Assembly (NCBI RefSeq): GCF_963921235.1
Contig: NC_086097.1
Coordinates: forward strand, 147,686,001 to 147,750,000
DNA length: 64,000 nucleotides
Direction of reading: 5' to 3'
From: Mobula hypostoma
Taxonomy: Eukaryota
The notes beneath the pieces are model-generated. The model worked only from the letters and a program-made list of their open reading frames with translations. It was not told the origin of the DNA and did not search any database. The translations under genes and the position numbers were made by a program. Positions 62,040 through 64,000 of this stretch are shown here, piece by piece (position 1 is the first letter of the stretch; each line of letters starts with the position of its first letter).

Positions 62040-62660
62040 TTCACAGGAAATCCTGTAAATTTCCACCATTTCTGGAAGGATCATCAGAAATACCGGATTA
62101 ATACCATCTAAAAACCCATAAAGAAGCTCAAATCACAGCTAATGCAGGTCAAAGATGACTTGGGGCTCAGGTTGGCTGGTGTTTACAGGAATCCTTGTGA
62201 ATATAGAGCAGCATATTTCAACCAAACGGGATGCACGGTGGAAACCCACATCAAGGAACACAGAAGGTGTATCCGTTTGGGTTACCTGGAGAAATCAGTG
62301 GTAGCAGAACATTGCATTCACAATGGCCATAGAATTGACTACTGTGCTGCACCAATAGCTTTTGGGACCACCTAGTAAAGGAAGTCATTGAAATAAAATT
62401 AGAGGAAAAGAACTTTAACAAAGATGAAGGTCTCATTCTAAGTGAGAATCAGGATTCAGTTGTAAGCAGTGGAAACCTGGTTGGATGAACACTAACCATT
62501 CGGGAAGGACGGACAACAGAGTTATAAATACCACTGGACTAGACATGCCCAGGCATCATCCCTGATGAAGATGGCAGAGTTTGTCATCAAAACATTGGTT
62601 AAAATCGGTATCTGTACCTGGCTGGAAGCTCGAGAAGGGTTTATTCATCATACATGCTGG
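62040..62660 (+). mobile_element. Second Penelope-like family (Poseidon-like) 3' remnant
   Basis: GIY-YIG remnant AGVYRNPC..AAYFNQTG..THIKEHRR..KSVVAEHC. Followed by the hammerhead-like CTGATGA-A-GATGGCA-GAGTT-TGTCATC-AAAA at 62562-62592. Confidence 0.75.
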
Positions 62661-62835
62661 CAAAGCACCAGATCCTTTTTCATCTCACTTCATATTTTCT
62701 ACAGTTTGCATGTCTTTGGAAAATTCATTGCTAGGAATCAAATGGTATCATTTCATTGATGTGATGGTGTAGAGCAGTAATTGTAATTATAGTAATATGG
62801 CTGTTTATGCTTGTATTCCTTATATTGCTATTTAG

Positions 62836-62992
62836 GTGGCTGATGTTTATTCCTTGGTCTATCAGACAATGACACAACCCCCAGTGAAAGACTATGTTCC
62901 ATTCTCTTGGACAACTATGGTTCAGGTCAAATCTGAGTACTTCAAAGCTGTTTCACATTATTTTGCTGCTATTGCATTTTGTGACCAAACAA
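62836..62992 (+). CDS. RHPN1: Rhophilin-1-like exon (VADVYSLVYQTMTQPPVKDYVPFSWTTMVQVKSEYFKAVSHYFAAIAFCDQT)
   Basis: tttAG acceptor, A|GTaagt donor, 157 bp, in frame with the previous exon. Confidence 0.95.
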
Positions 62993-64000
62993 GTAAGTAT
63001 TTCACCAAGTTGGCTGCATTTAGTTGGTGATTGATATTTTGATAGAATGTTTGACATGAAAGAAGGAATGTTTAATTTTGCCATTGAAAACTAGTACAAG
63101 AGCGAATGTAGTGATTAAGTTAAGTGGGTAAACAGTAATGGTCAATTGGAATGATAAGCTCTTGTGAACACACTGTTGATAGAACCTATTTTCACTTTGG
63201 AGAGCAGTGCCCTTGCTTGACAGTATTTTAATCGCAACATTGCTAAGTTTCTTACATTTCAATTATTATAAATGTGTGCTTAGAAACTGAAGCACACGGT
63301 ATTGTTTCTTTAATTTAGTCTTCTGTAAATTGCGTACTTCCAAAGTAGAGTGTCATTGCAATCATTTATATATCAAATTGCAGCACAGTTGTGATTCATT
63401 GCACTGACTGTGGTACAAATCGCACCTTAAATCAGACAAACTAGACTGTTTTGCTCCAAGGGCTACGCTTCTGGATTCCATAGGACACCTACAAAAGCAG
63501 CAAGGTAGCTTAAGAGGCTCCTGCAGTATTTCACAGGACAGTGGAGTAAAAAAAAGATGCTTTCCTCAGATCTTAACATGCTGTGCCTGCCTGCCCTACC
63601 ATTGTCCCCAAATAACTTCCCAAAATCATCCCTTCCCCATAGGTACTCTGTCCCCTATGGGTCAATCTCTAGAATCTCTGCCCTCTGACCCAGAACTCTA
63701 GGCAATTACCCACAGTTACCAGGCCCCTATTTCCAGGTACCAATACCATCCTGTGGACAACCTTACACTTACATCGCATGAAACCAAGTGTACAACTGGC
63801 AATCGGTGATATACAAGTTCTTGGGGCGCCATTCGTGTTGCAGGTTAGTCTCTGGATTATGACACTAATATTCAATGGTCTAAATGGAGCTTCACTAGAA
63901 TAAGGTCATGAGGGCATCTACAACATAAAGAAAGGCAGCACGAAGCAAAGCAAAATATCTATTCTTCTTTCATACATTCAAAGCGAAGAGCAAATCAAGC

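Noticed and set aside
35774..62992. RHPN2, PDCD6IP or PTPN23 as the gene identity
   Set aside because: PMIPLGLKETK, AMRTP, YYNQL and QRALAFEKGSVLFNIGAL fit RHPN1 better than the other BRO1-domain genes, from recalled sequences.
1..64000. CRISPR array or prokaryotic operon
   Set aside because: There is no regularly spaced repeat-spacer array. The sequence is intron-exon eukaryotic DNA, and most short ORFs are antisense or alternate frames of TEs.

Overview
Vertebrate genomic DNA, most likely from a cartilaginous fish (inferred from the HE1-like SINE and the CR1, Rex1 and Penelope repeat content). It contains six + strand coding exons of a rhophilin-1 (RHPN1-like) gene encoding the BRO1-domain region (35774-62992). 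All six have canonical AG/GT borders and their phases join into one frame. Upstream exons were not found, so the first 35.7 kb is probably intronic. The rest is mostly nested, decayed transposable elements: Rex1/Babar, CR1 and L1-clade LINEs, SINEs, Tc1, Tigger and hAT DNA transposons, and a full-length decayed Gypsy element with a PNMA-like gag. The most striking structure is a Penelope-like (GIY-YIG) family carrying a minimal type I hammerhead ribozyme. It repeatedly inserts as inverted (fold-back) copies with 13-15 bp target-site duplications, including a ~2.1 kb inverted element and a perfect 96-bp-arm hairpin. No clearly novel multi-gene system was found. The best leads are the ribozyme/inversion architecture, a possible horizontally transferred Tigger segment, and a shared defective Rex master.
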